This document shows, in pieces, positions 27,393-35,114 of a stretch of 64,000 nucleotides of DNA (positions within the stretch are counted from its first letter, which is position 1; the number at the start of each line of letters is the position of its first letter). The notes beneath the pieces were generated by a model, which worked only from the letters and a program-made list of their open reading frames with translations, ran no database searches and was not told the DNA's origin. The stretch is taken from assembly GCA_043746515.1 (NCBI GenBank), contig JAYTQV010000048.1:6676-70675 (forward strand), read 5' to 3'. The DNA comes from Actinomycetes bacterium (lineage in GTDB: Bacteria > Actinomycetota > Actinomycetes > Nanopelagicales > Nanopelagicaceae). The position numbers and the translations under genes were made by a program.

Positions 27393-28474
27393 GAGATGCT
27401 CCTTGCGGCCAATATGACTTGCGTAGGATATTGGTTGGCACTGGAACCGATCGTTGCAGGAACGGTAAATGTAAGTCCAGGATTTGTCGCAGCAACATTG
27501 AGAAATGTATTCGTTGGGCAAGTTCCACTTGAAACCACTGAAGCAACAAAGGTTGCACATTTGAGTGCCGTTGACCAGTCCACGTTTGAATTTGATAGAG
27601 CAAGATTGTTCCGCAACATTTGTGAAGTAGCGCTGGTAATTGCGATCTGTGGAGCCGCACATTGGATTCTCCACAACTGACCATACGAACTACCAACTGA
27701 GCGCACCTCATAGCCCACGAATTTGTTATAGACAAGGATTCCGGGGCTGGTAGTAACACCTGTCCCAAAATTATTTAATGTGAAAGTTTTATTTCCTGGG
27801 TTGGTAGCAATAACTATGGCACCAATAGAGTTATAAGTCGTCGGAACCATTCCTGAAACAGTAATGCTCTGTCCAGGTGCAAAGGCAATCTGACCTGAAT
27901 ACGTATAGGTTGCAATCACACCTGTTCCGATCGCGGAGGTGATCGTTGCTCCCGATTGCTGACTAAAAGTGACTATCGGGCGTACAAATGAATAAGTCGA
28001 ATCGCTGGGAAGCCAGGTACTACATTGAGTAAGAAAGCTCCCCACTCCACTAGCAATTCCAGTGGTGGAATTGAGAATTGTAAATGTGGTTGCCGATGGA
28101 ACGGAGGTAATCGTTGCATTTGAAACATCATATCCACTCGGTACTAAGCCTGAAATAGAAATATTTTGACCCACAGTTAGTGTGTTAGTCCCGGAGTGTG
28201 TGTAGGTAACGGTTACTCCATCACCGGAAACACCTGTGATCGAACTAGCTCCCGCGGCTGTCGGTATGATAAAACCATTGGATTGCTCTACATCTTTAGT
28301 GAATGTGGCATCCAATATAGACACTCCTGAACTGACAAGTGATGTACTTTGACTGTGGCTAATGGACGCCACGCTGGCATCAAAAGTTTTTGCTATTCCC
28401 AATGTCAGAATGGATGAAAGAAAAACTGTTAAAATTACCTCGAGAAGAGTGACTCCCTGATCGGAAGTATTCAA
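27389..28474 (-). CDS. Long pseudopilin with a prepilin-type N-terminus and two copies of a ~60-aa repeat
   Basis: MNTSDQG|VTLLEVILTVFL. TTG start directly after the upstream TAA. The internal repeats are described in the findings. Confidence 0.65.
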   Translation of the reverse strand: MNTSDQGVTLLEVILTVFLSSILTLGIAKTFDASVASISHSQSTSLVSSGVSILDATFTKDVEQSNGFIIPTAAGASSITGVSGDGVTVTYTHSGTNTLTVGQNISISGLVPSGYDVSNATITSVPSATTFTILNSTTGIASGVGSFLTQCSTWLPSDSTYSFVRPIVTFSQQSGATITSAIGTGVIATYTYSGQIAFAPGQSITVSGMVPTTYNSIGAIVIATNPGNKTFTLNNFGTGVTTSPGILVYNKFVGYEVRSVGSSYGQLWRIQCAAPQIAITSATSQMLRNNLALSNSNVDWSTALKCATFVASVVSSGTCPTNTFLNVAATNPGLTFTVPATIGSSANQYPTQVILAARSIS

Positions 28475-29410
28475 TTAGATCGCCGCCACTATGGTTCTTG
28501 ACAATTGTTTTCCATGTACTGTCGTACTCACTGTAATTTGCTGAATACTCACGCACTTGGTCAGACCAACAAAACCGCCTGATGCAAAAGTACCGGTAGC
28601 AGAGTTGGCCACCACAAATTGGGTACTCGTAGCACTGACAACCGTCGCAGAGGCTAGATTAAAGACTGAGGGGCTAACGCCAGAAATAGATACGTTGTCT
28701 CCCACCGCAAAAGGAGTTGGCGACACATAAGTGTAGGTAATAGCAGAGCCATTGGCAGATATTCCCGTGATATTTGCCTTAGGAACACTCTGACAAGGAG
28801 TCCAATTGATTGAAGAATTGTTCACTTGCACCAAAACTGAAACGATTGTAAGCGGAAGATTTTTGGAGACGGAAACGCCTTGACTAGTAACTGTGAACTT
28901 ATAAATCGCAGAACTTTCGGCTATCGGGGTTCCGGAAATAACACCATTCGCAGAGAGTGAGAGCCCGGTAGGTAAAACAGGAGAGACACCCCATGTGTAG
29001 GTTGACAGACCATTCACAGCCGAAAGAGCCGTTGAGTAAGGGTGAAAGATTCCTCCAGATGGAGACTGCGCAATCGGCAGTGCCGAAGTGGAAATTGCAA
29101 GGGATCCTGAGGTTACGGACGGTGGCGCAATAGCCGCGGTTGATAGCTGGTATGGCTCAGGATTTACAGGTGAGCAAGGTTGAAAAATCTGTAGTTGAAT
29201 TTGTTGCGAAGCCGAGTTCAAGTTAGCCATCGCGGTGCCCGTGAGATTAACCCTGTCCGAGAGAGGTTGAGATAGTGCAATCGTTCCTACAATTGTCAAC
29301 CCGAGCAAGCCCATGATCACGGCTGAAACGATTACTTCTACCAAAGATTCACCACGGTCGTAACGGCGTTTTTTATAGTTATATTTTTCGAAATTTTCTC
29401 TCATACTCAT
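28475..29410 (-). CDS. Long pseudopilin with a prepilin-type N-terminus, an Ig-like (He_PIG-type) segment and one copy of the ~60-aa repeat
   Basis: RG|ESLVEVIVSAVIMGLLG (E at +5). The segment YTWGVSPVLPTGLSLSANGVISGTPIAE resembles the putative-Ig-domain pattern. Confidence 0.65.
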   Translation of the reverse strand: MSMRENFEKYNYKKRRYDRGESLVEVIVSAVIMGLLGLTIVGTIALSQPLSDRVNLTGTAMANLNSASQQIQLQIFQPCSPVNPEPYQLSTAAIAPPSVTSGSLAISTSALPIAQSPSGGIFHPYSTALSAVNGLSTYTWGVSPVLPTGLSLSANGVISGTPIAESSAIYKFTVTSQGVSVSKNLPLTIVSVLVQVNNSSINWTPCQSVPKANITGISANGSAITYTYVSPTPFAVGDNVSISGVSPSVFNLASATVVSATSTQFVVANSATGTFASGGFVGLTKCVSIQQITVSTTVHGKQLSRTIVAAI

Positions 29411-30735
29411 ACTTTTACCCCGTTATATATTCCATACATCGCCGATACCAGGGCAACAGCTACGAACCCAACTCCGCCACCAATCAATAGGAGAGTAATC
29501 GGCTCTAGGAGAGAAGTGAAATTCTTCATGCGGTGATCTAGTTCATCAGAGTAGAAGCTGGCTGCTTGTTGCAACTGAGATTGAAGTTGACCGGACTCTT
29601 CCCCAATGCGAAGAATTTGAATAGCAGCAATTGGGAAAATTTTGTACTCGGATAATGGCTCAGCTAGGCCCTCACCATTTAAAACTCTCACTCGAGTCGC
29701 ACTCACAGCCTGTTGAAAGACCATGTTTCCAGTTGCTTTCCCAGACAGTTCCAGCGCGTCAGGAAGCGGTACCTTTGATTTCACTAGGGTTGCCAACACG
29801 CGACAGAAACGTTCCAGAGATACCAGTCGTGCTAAACCACCAAACACTGGGACAGATAGAACTAAACGATCGAGAATCAAACGACTCCTACGATTACGTA
29901 ACGCTAGTACGAAGGCAATAATAAATAGCAATATGACCGAACCAATAGCCCACCACCACTTCGTAATGAAATGTGTGCCGTTAAGAAGCATCCGAGTAGT
30001 GAGTGGTAGCCGAACATTCAGAGAAGCGAAGAAGTCTTGGAACCGTGGTAACACCACTAGCGACATGACGGTAACAGCGACAAGAGTGAGTGTGAGAAGG
30101 ACTGCAGGATAAATCATCGCCGAACGCACAGCACGGCGAGATCGAAGGTCTCGTTCCAAATAAATATTGAGGGTTTGTAGCGCTTCTACTAGGTCCCCGC
30201 TTCGTTCAGCTGCTCCTAAAATGGTGGCATAGTAAGTAGGAAAAACATGTGGATGCCGTGAGACGGACTCACTAAGAGTTGCTCCTCCTTCGATATCTTG
30301 CACCAACTCCCCCAAAATTAACTGCATTTTCTTGTGGTCAGTTGTCTTGGCTAAAATTGCCAGCCCGCGAGCTGCAGAAATACCAGCTTGCGAAAAGGAG
30401 GAGAGTTGTCGAGTCGTTTGCAAGAGAACTTCCAGTGGAACTGATTTTCCAAACTCCATAGCAAGTAAAGATTTGTGAACCTTGAGCTCGAGACTTTGGA
30501 TTCCATCACGCTGTAATCCGTACTGTGCTTCACCCCAAGTGGCCGCCTTGACAGTTCCTTTCTTTTTTTCTCCTGTTTCCAAAACTCCAGAATACTTGTA
30601 CATGTTAATAATTTTCTTCTGCTTCTTGGCATTCGCTTTAAGCCCCTTTTTCGCCTTTGGTAACTTTGCCTGCTTCTGCTTTTTTACTGACTCTGTTGAA
30701 TTTATAACCTCTATTGGGTTCGCTAGATCAGTCAT
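29407..30735 (-). CDS. pilC: Type IV pilus/T2SS platform protein (GspF/PilC family)
   Basis: 442 aa with two T2SSF-type repeats and 3 TM segments. It has a Lys-rich N-terminal extension. Confidence 0.85.
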   Translation of the reverse strand: MTDLANPIEVINSTESVKKQKQAKLPKAKKGLKANAKKQKKIINMYKYSGVLETGEKKKGTVKAATWGEAQYGLQRDGIQSLELKVHKSLLAMEFGKSVPLEVLLQTTRQLSSFSQAGISAARGLAILAKTTDHKKMQLILGELVQDIEGGATLSESVSRHPHVFPTYYATILGAAERSGDLVEALQTLNIYLERDLRSRRAVRSAMIYPAVLLTLTLVAVTVMSLVVLPRFQDFFASLNVRLPLTTRMLLNGTHFITKWWWAIGSVILLFIIAFVLALRNRRSRLILDRLVLSVPVFGGLARLVSLERFCRVLATLVKSKVPLPDALELSGKATGNMVFQQAVSATRVRVLNGEGLAEPLSEYKIFPIAAIQILRIGEESGQLQSQLQQAASFYSDELDHRMKNFTSLLEPITLLLIGGGVGFVAVALVSAMYGIYNGVKV

Positions 30736-32350
30736 CTGACACCATTAACGTAAGGGCTTCGGCGAGAGTTGTAATTCCTTCAGTCGCTAAGCGAACGGCT
30801 TCATAATCCATTCCAGTCATTCCAGATTCAGAAGCATATTTGCGAAATTCATTTGGTTCAGGTCGAGAGACAATGAGGTCACTTAGCGCCTCTGTCATCT
30901 CTAGTACTTGATACGTCGCGATGCGGTCGCGGAACCCAGAGCCCCCACAAAGAGTGCAGCCAACTCCACGTGCTAATTTTGTTGTGGTAAATCCATATGA
31001 CTTTAAAGTTCTTAACTCATCAACATTGGCTGCGTATACGACAGTACAAAAACGACAATTTCTCCTTACCAATCTTTGGGAGATGACTCCCCTTAGGGAT
31101 GAAGCGACGAGGTGAGGTTCAATATCCATTTGGAGCAATCGATAGATGGCCCCCACTGAATCTGTCGCGTGGATCGAACTGAAAACTAAATGTCCTGTGA
31201 GGGCAGCTTGCACTGATATTCTCGCTGTTTCAGCATCTCGAGTTTCGCCAACCAAAATGATGTCAGGATCTTGGCGCAGTACCGCGCGCAGTTGAACCGC
31301 AAAACCTGCATTGACCGGATCGATAATGGGAATCTGAGTGATTCGAGGTACTACATATTCAACAGGATCTTCAATTGTTACGATATTTTTCCATTCAACT
31401 GTCACTGCTTTGATTCCACTATGAAGCGTTGTTGTCTTTCCACTACCAGTTGGCCCAGCCACCATAACCAACCCACTAGTTGATCGAATCATGGTGGAAA
31501 AAATGTCTAGTTGTTTGCCGCTCATGCCGAGCGTTTCCAGCGAGACCGATTGTTTGCGTGCATCATGCAGACGCAAAACTAACTTCTCACCATGCATTGT
31601 TGTAACTGACGAAACGCGTATATCAATATGACGATCACCAACAGTGGCGGAAAATTGACCGTCTTGGGGGCGCCTGCGCTCCACGATATTCATTTGAGAA
31701 AGTACTTTTACTCGACTATTAACGGCTGGACCCAACCGTGCGGGCAACACCACAAGTAGACGCAGACGACCATCCACACGAATTCTCACTACCAGTTCAT
31801 CTTTATAAGGTTCGAAATGCACATCGCTAGCACGTTCCAGGACGGCACGTTCGATTACTTGTTGTACCAAATTGGAGATTGGTGCTTCTCCAACTTCCGA
31901 GATGAGAATGTCAAAAAGATGTCCTTTTGATTTGGCAATACTTGCAGTTAAGGAAATGGCTTCGCGTATCTCATTGGGAGTAGCTGGCTTCAATTTGATT
32001 TTAAGATCAACACTGGCCGCATAATCTCGAATCGACTGCCAGGATTCTTTGGGAGCTCCGATGACGAGCGTGTCCCCGTCCCAACGAAGTCCTAGGCAAT
32101 CGAACTCGCTCATTAAAGAATCAGGTAAAGCGGCATTTGCAGAGAGGAAGGACTCAGTCGTGAGGGCTGCGACTATCGGATCTTGAATATTGAGATTTGT
32201 CGGAATTAGGGAGAAATCATCTGAACTATTCGATTCTTGGGGTTCTGGCTGAGCTTGGAGTGAAGCGAGGGTTGGGAATGGAAGTACGTCGGCGCCAGCA
32301 CCCTCGTTCTCGCCTGAATCAAAAAGCGGCGCTACTTCCAGGATTGACAT
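30728..32350 (-). CDS. pilB: Type IV pilus assembly ATPase (GspE/PilB family)
   Basis: Walker A GPTGSGKTT, Asp/His boxes, and the tetracysteine CRFC...CTLCGGSG. GGAGGGG RBS upstream. Confidence 0.9.
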   Translation of the reverse strand: MSILEVAPLFDSGENEGAGADVLPFPTLASLQAQPEPQESNSSDDFSLIPTNLNIQDPIVAALTTESFLSANAALPDSLMSEFDCLGLRWDGDTLVIGAPKESWQSIRDYAASVDLKIKLKPATPNEIREAISLTASIAKSKGHLFDILISEVGEAPISNLVQQVIERAVLERASDVHFEPYKDELVVRIRVDGRLRLLVVLPARLGPAVNSRVKVLSQMNIVERRRPQDGQFSATVGDRHIDIRVSSVTTMHGEKLVLRLHDARKQSVSLETLGMSGKQLDIFSTMIRSTSGLVMVAGPTGSGKTTTLHSGIKAVTVEWKNIVTIEDPVEYVVPRITQIPIIDPVNAGFAVQLRAVLRQDPDIILVGETRDAETARISVQAALTGHLVFSSIHATDSVGAIYRLLQMDIEPHLVASSLRGVISQRLVRRNCRFCTVVYAANVDELRTLKSYGFTTTKLARGVGCTLCGGSGFRDRIATYQVLEMTEALSDLIVSRPEPNEFRKYASESGMTGMDYEAVRLATEGITTLAEALTLMVSDD

Positions 32351-32388
32351 CTCTACCCCTCCATTCCATCTGGTCTGTAACCCAAAAC

Positions 32389-32440
32389 TTTACAAAATTT
32401 TGTCACATTAAATTACAAAATTGCCCCAATAAATTGACAA
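32389..32440 (-). promoter_or_regulatory. Putative pilB-operon promoter with a palindromic operator candidate
   Basis: Read on the minus strand: TTGTCA (32440-32435), a 17-nt spacer and TGTAAT (32417-32412). The perfect 12-bp palindrome ACAAAATTTTGT (32392-32403) lies at about +1. The direct repeat TTACAAAATT occurs at 32390-32399 and 32413-32422. Confidence 0.4.
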
Positions 32441-32515
32441 TTTACTCGCTTTGCCAAGGAATGTAAAGAATTTTTAGATTTAATTTAGAATTTCTGTTTA
32501 GTGGGAGTGTGGAAC

Positions 32516-32564
32516 AAAAAGAGAGCACCCCATGGGCGAAATGCCCTTGGGGTGCTCTCTTTTT
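32516..32564 (-). terminator. Strong, bidirectional-looking rho-independent terminator downstream of the small peptide ORF
   Basis: Arms aaaaagagagcacccca (32516-32532) / tggggtgctctcttttt (32548-32564), with an inner gggc/gccc pairing. T-runs follow on both strands. Confidence 0.8.
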
Positions 32565-32581
32565 GAAGAAAACGTATTAGC

Positions 32582-32743
32582 TTAGGAGAATTGGCAGCAC
32601 GTTGGCGGGCCAGCCATGGTGACGGTTTGACTCGAAGCAGTTGAAGTGGATGACTTCTTAAGCGTGGAAGCGAAAGAAGGTGTTGCACTGAGAACGATTC
32701 CCATCGAGAGTGCAACGGATATTGCAATTACCTTTTTGACCAT
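32582..32743 (-). CDS. Small secreted peptide precursor (53 aa) ending in a vicinal Cys pair; hypothetical
   Basis: Hand-translated because it falls below the ORF-track cut-off: MVKKVIAISVALSMGIVLSATPSFASTLKKSSTSTASSQTVTMAGPPTCCQFS*. GAGGGGA lies 9 nt upstream of ATG 32743. It has a Sec-type signal with an SFA|S site. The terminator begins 17 nt after the stop. Confidence 0.6.
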   Translation of the reverse strand: MVKKVIAISVALSMGIVLSATPSFASTLKKSSTSTASSQTVTMAGPPTCCQFS

Positions 32744-32873
32744 GTGATTCATTCCCCTCGATTAAAGCGTGAAACCGGTCTCATGATCGGCTTTATGAAA
32801 CTCCGTATTTTTTTGCTGATGTCAATATGTGTAACACTCGAAGTAAAGCACTGTCATGTGATACTGTCAAGAT

Positions 32874-34235
32874 ATGGGAAATCAAACATTTGGCGAACGT
32901 CTTCGTCAAATTCGAGTGAATGCAGGATTAACTCAACCTGAACTTGCTACGGGGATAACTAGCGTAAGCCACATCTCACTGATCGAGTCTAATAAGCGAC
33001 AGCCTTCTTCAGAGATTGTTTCTAACCTTGCCACTCGTCTAGGTGTGCCGGTCGATTTTCTGCGCGAAGGGCCTGAATCGGAATCTAATCTAAATCGACG
33101 CAAAGAATATCTCTTCGCGGAAATTTCCTTCAAAAATGGTGATGCTAAATTTGCCCAAGGCTTATTAGAAAAAGTCATTAAACAGAGTTCGTACCCTACG
33201 GATTTGCAGTTCGAAGTAAATGTGCGATCTCTATTTGCTCAAACATTCGCTAAATTCGGCGACTTTGAGCGAGCCTCGGCAGAACTGCAGGAGGCTATCT
33301 CATTAGCTGAAATTGCTGGGCTTCCGCTTCAGGTGATTGAAATGAAAATTGCTCAATCGTACTTTTTCAAAGAATCAGGTGATTTTGTCACCGCACTCGA
33401 AATAATTGAGAATGCTGAAAAAGCAGTTCCAGCGCAATTACAAAAGAGTGCTCCCTTTGCGCGATTACTTTCCAGCAAGATTTCGATTCATTACCTACGT
33501 GGAGATTACATTCGCGCAACTCAAATCTCCCAAAATGCCATGGCAATATTCGATGATCAAACGGATCCAGTTGCTCGAGCATCTATTTACTGGAATGCCA
33601 GTCTGGCAGCTGATGCGATGCAAAACTCCAGCCAAGCACTTTTACTGGCACAAAGAGCTGCTGGTCTTTTTTCTGAATCTGAAGATCGCCAAGCGGAAGG
33701 AAATCTACGTGTTGCTATTGCATGGTTGCTGACTCGTCAGACTCCACCCGATGTCAATGGTGCTAGATCACAATTAGATCGTGCACATATTCTTCTCGAA
33801 GCTAATGGGACATCAGTTGATGTAACTTATTATCACATTGAATTGGCAAGAGTTGAGTGGCTAAGTGGCAACTATGAAGAGGCACTCGCATTAAGCCAGC
33901 TTGCTATTGCAGATACCGATCCCATGAAGGAACGTTTACAACGAGCTGATGCATATTTGCTTTCTGCCCGCTCTCACATCAGTTTAGGTAATGAAGCAGA
34001 GTCAACCATGAACTTACTTGCTGCGAGAAGTAGTCTCTTGGAGATGGAGCCATCTAGGCAGAACGCTTTAGCGTGGCGTGAATTAGGTGATATTTACTCT
34101 AGTCTTGATTATCTCGAAGATGCGATTAATGCATATCGAGAAGCCCTGCAGGAGGCCGGTGTCTCCGCGAGCCCGCTAGCATTCTCCGAATTCGAACGCG
34201 CAAAAGAGACTGTAAAAGTCCTTAGAAAAAATTAA
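32874..34235 (+). CDS. HTH (XRE family) transcriptional regulator with a long C-terminal TPR-like domain
   Basis: N-terminal FGERLRQIRVNAGLTQPELATGITSVSHISLIESNKRQPSSEIVSNLATRLGV is an XRE-type HTH. The remaining ~380 aa are repetitive helical hairpins (e.g. YEEALALSQLAI, LEDAINAYREALQ). There is no Shine-Dalgarno sequence. TGtGATACT lies 8 nt upstream of the ATG, so the mRNA is probably leaderless. Confidence 0.75.
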   Translation: MGNQTFGERLRQIRVNAGLTQPELATGITSVSHISLIESNKRQPSSEIVSNLATRLGVPVDFLREGPESESNLNRRKEYLFAEISFKNGDAKFAQGLLEKVIKQSSYPTDLQFEVNVRSLFAQTFAKFGDFERASAELQEAISLAEIAGLPLQVIEMKIAQSYFFKESGDFVTALEIIENAEKAVPAQLQKSAPFARLLSSKISIHYLRGDYIRATQISQNAMAIFDDQTDPVARASIYWNASLAADAMQNSSQALLLAQRAAGLFSESEDRQAEGNLRVAIAWLLTRQTPPDVNGARSQLDRAHILLEANGTSVDVTYYHIELARVEWLSGNYEEALALSQLAIADTDPMKERLQRADAYLLSARSHISLGNEAESTMNLLAARSSLLEMEPSRQNALAWRELGDIYSSLDYLEDAINAYREALQEAGVSASPLAFSEFERAKETVKVLRKN

Positions 34236-34264
34236 GGTAATACTAACCTAATAAAAGAAGTACG

Positions 34265-34337
34265 TGCCCCGGGTCGGACTCGAACCGACACTGGAAGGAT
34301 TTTAAGTCCTCTGTCTCTGCCATTGGACTACCGGGGC
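34265..34337 (-). tRNA. tRNA with anticodon UAA (nominally Leu) by hand fold, but with a 5-nt variable loop
   Basis: Minus strand, dot-separated by structural element: GCCCCGG.TA.GTCC.AATGGCAG.AGAC.A.GAGGA.CTTAAAA.TCCTT.CCAGT.GTCGG.TTCGAGT.CCGAC.CCGGGGC.A. The fold has a 7-bp acceptor stem, a canonical T-arm GTTCGAGTC, U33, the anticodon TAA and discriminator A73. CCA is not encoded. Confidence 0.75.
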
Positions 34338-34416
34338 GGCAGTACTTAATCAGCCACCGGAGGCGTGATTGAAGCGCGGGAGCAGAGTCTACTAGTCCCC
34401 ACCGGTACTTAAGTAT

Positions 34417-35013
34417 GTGGCACCCTTAGGCATGGCCTCTGTTGGAATTGATACCTCACTTGCACTACACCTCAATAATTGGGGAACTGCTCATAAAACT
34501 ATTGCAATATTCGCTGCAAAAGAATTTGTTTATTTGGTAATAGCCGCTGGGATGATCTGGTTGACCGTACGCACTTATCACGCGGTAACCCCATTTTCAC
34601 CCATCTCGTTCCTCAAACGAGGTGTACTGGATGGGATATTTATACTCGCTATCCCTGTTGGTATCGCGACATTAATCTCTGAATCAATATCCCAAATTTA
34701 CTCCCGGCCCCGCCCATTCTCCGCTCTCACCAATATCCACCTATTGACCCCCCATTCGGCAGATGGAGGGATGCCATCACACCACACTGTATTTATGATT
34801 GCCATAGCGACCGCAATCTACCTTCGCAATAAGTTACTGGGCCTGACCCTTGCTGCATTCACGATTCTCTGTGGAGTAGCCAGGGTGGCTGCCGGGGTTC
34901 ACTACCCAACAGATGTACTTGTTGGTTTAATAATCGGGGTTGGAACCGTTCTGATTATTGACAAAATATTGAAGGATCTACGCTGGCGTAAAGATAAATT
35001 GATTTCAAAGTGA
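34417..35013 (+). CDS. PAP2-family phosphatase (undecaprenyl-diphosphatase-like)
   Basis: Motifs YSRPRP, PSHHT and ARVAAGVHYPTDV; polytopic; GTG start. Confidence 0.8.
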   Translation: MAPLGMASVGIDTSLALHLNNWGTAHKTIAIFAAKEFVYLVIAAGMIWLTVRTYHAVTPFSPISFLKRGVLDGIFILAIPVGIATLISESISQIYSRPRPFSALTNIHLLTPHSADGGMPSHHTVFMIAIATAIYLRNKLLGLTLAAFTILCGVARVAAGVHYPTDVLVGLIIGVGTVLIIDKILKDLRWRKDKLISK

Positions 35014-35114
35014 CTGCCCTCTTTCTACTCTCTGCCCATGGGTCTGGTATTTTCATTCTTTTATTCATTTAATGCGACTACACAAAACAGGGAGAAGACT
35101 CCTACAATTAGACG

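Noticed and set aside
27393-27768. N-terminal 94 codons of the listed 606-aa ORF (25854..27674), and the 132-aa ORF 27370..27768
   Set aside because: Both overlap the 3' end of the 361-aa pseudopilin gene in other frames, and their sequence is Cys/Gln-rich and non-protein-like. An internal ATGATG at 27392 with an AAGGAG RBS and a stop/start overlap gives a sensible membrane-anchored N-terminus.
32485-32727. Listed 80-aa minus-strand ORF (MQYPLHSRWESF...)
   Set aside because: It is in a different frame from the 53-aa ORF, which has an RBS and a signal peptide. It also runs straight through the strong terminator hairpin at 32516-32564, and it has no RBS. It is most likely spurious.
22453-34412. 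The idea that the pilus/peptide/regulator block is a genomic island integrated at the 3' end of the tRNA. This includes the small repeats GTACTTAA and CCACCGG (34342-34360 and 34399-34412) and the palindrome TACTTAAGTA beside the tRNA.
   Set aside because: There is no integrase, recombinase or mobility gene. I could find no direct repeat of the tRNA 3' end near 22.4-22.7 kb. The short repeats lie on the 5' side of the tRNA, just upstream of the PAP2 start, and may simply be promoter elements.
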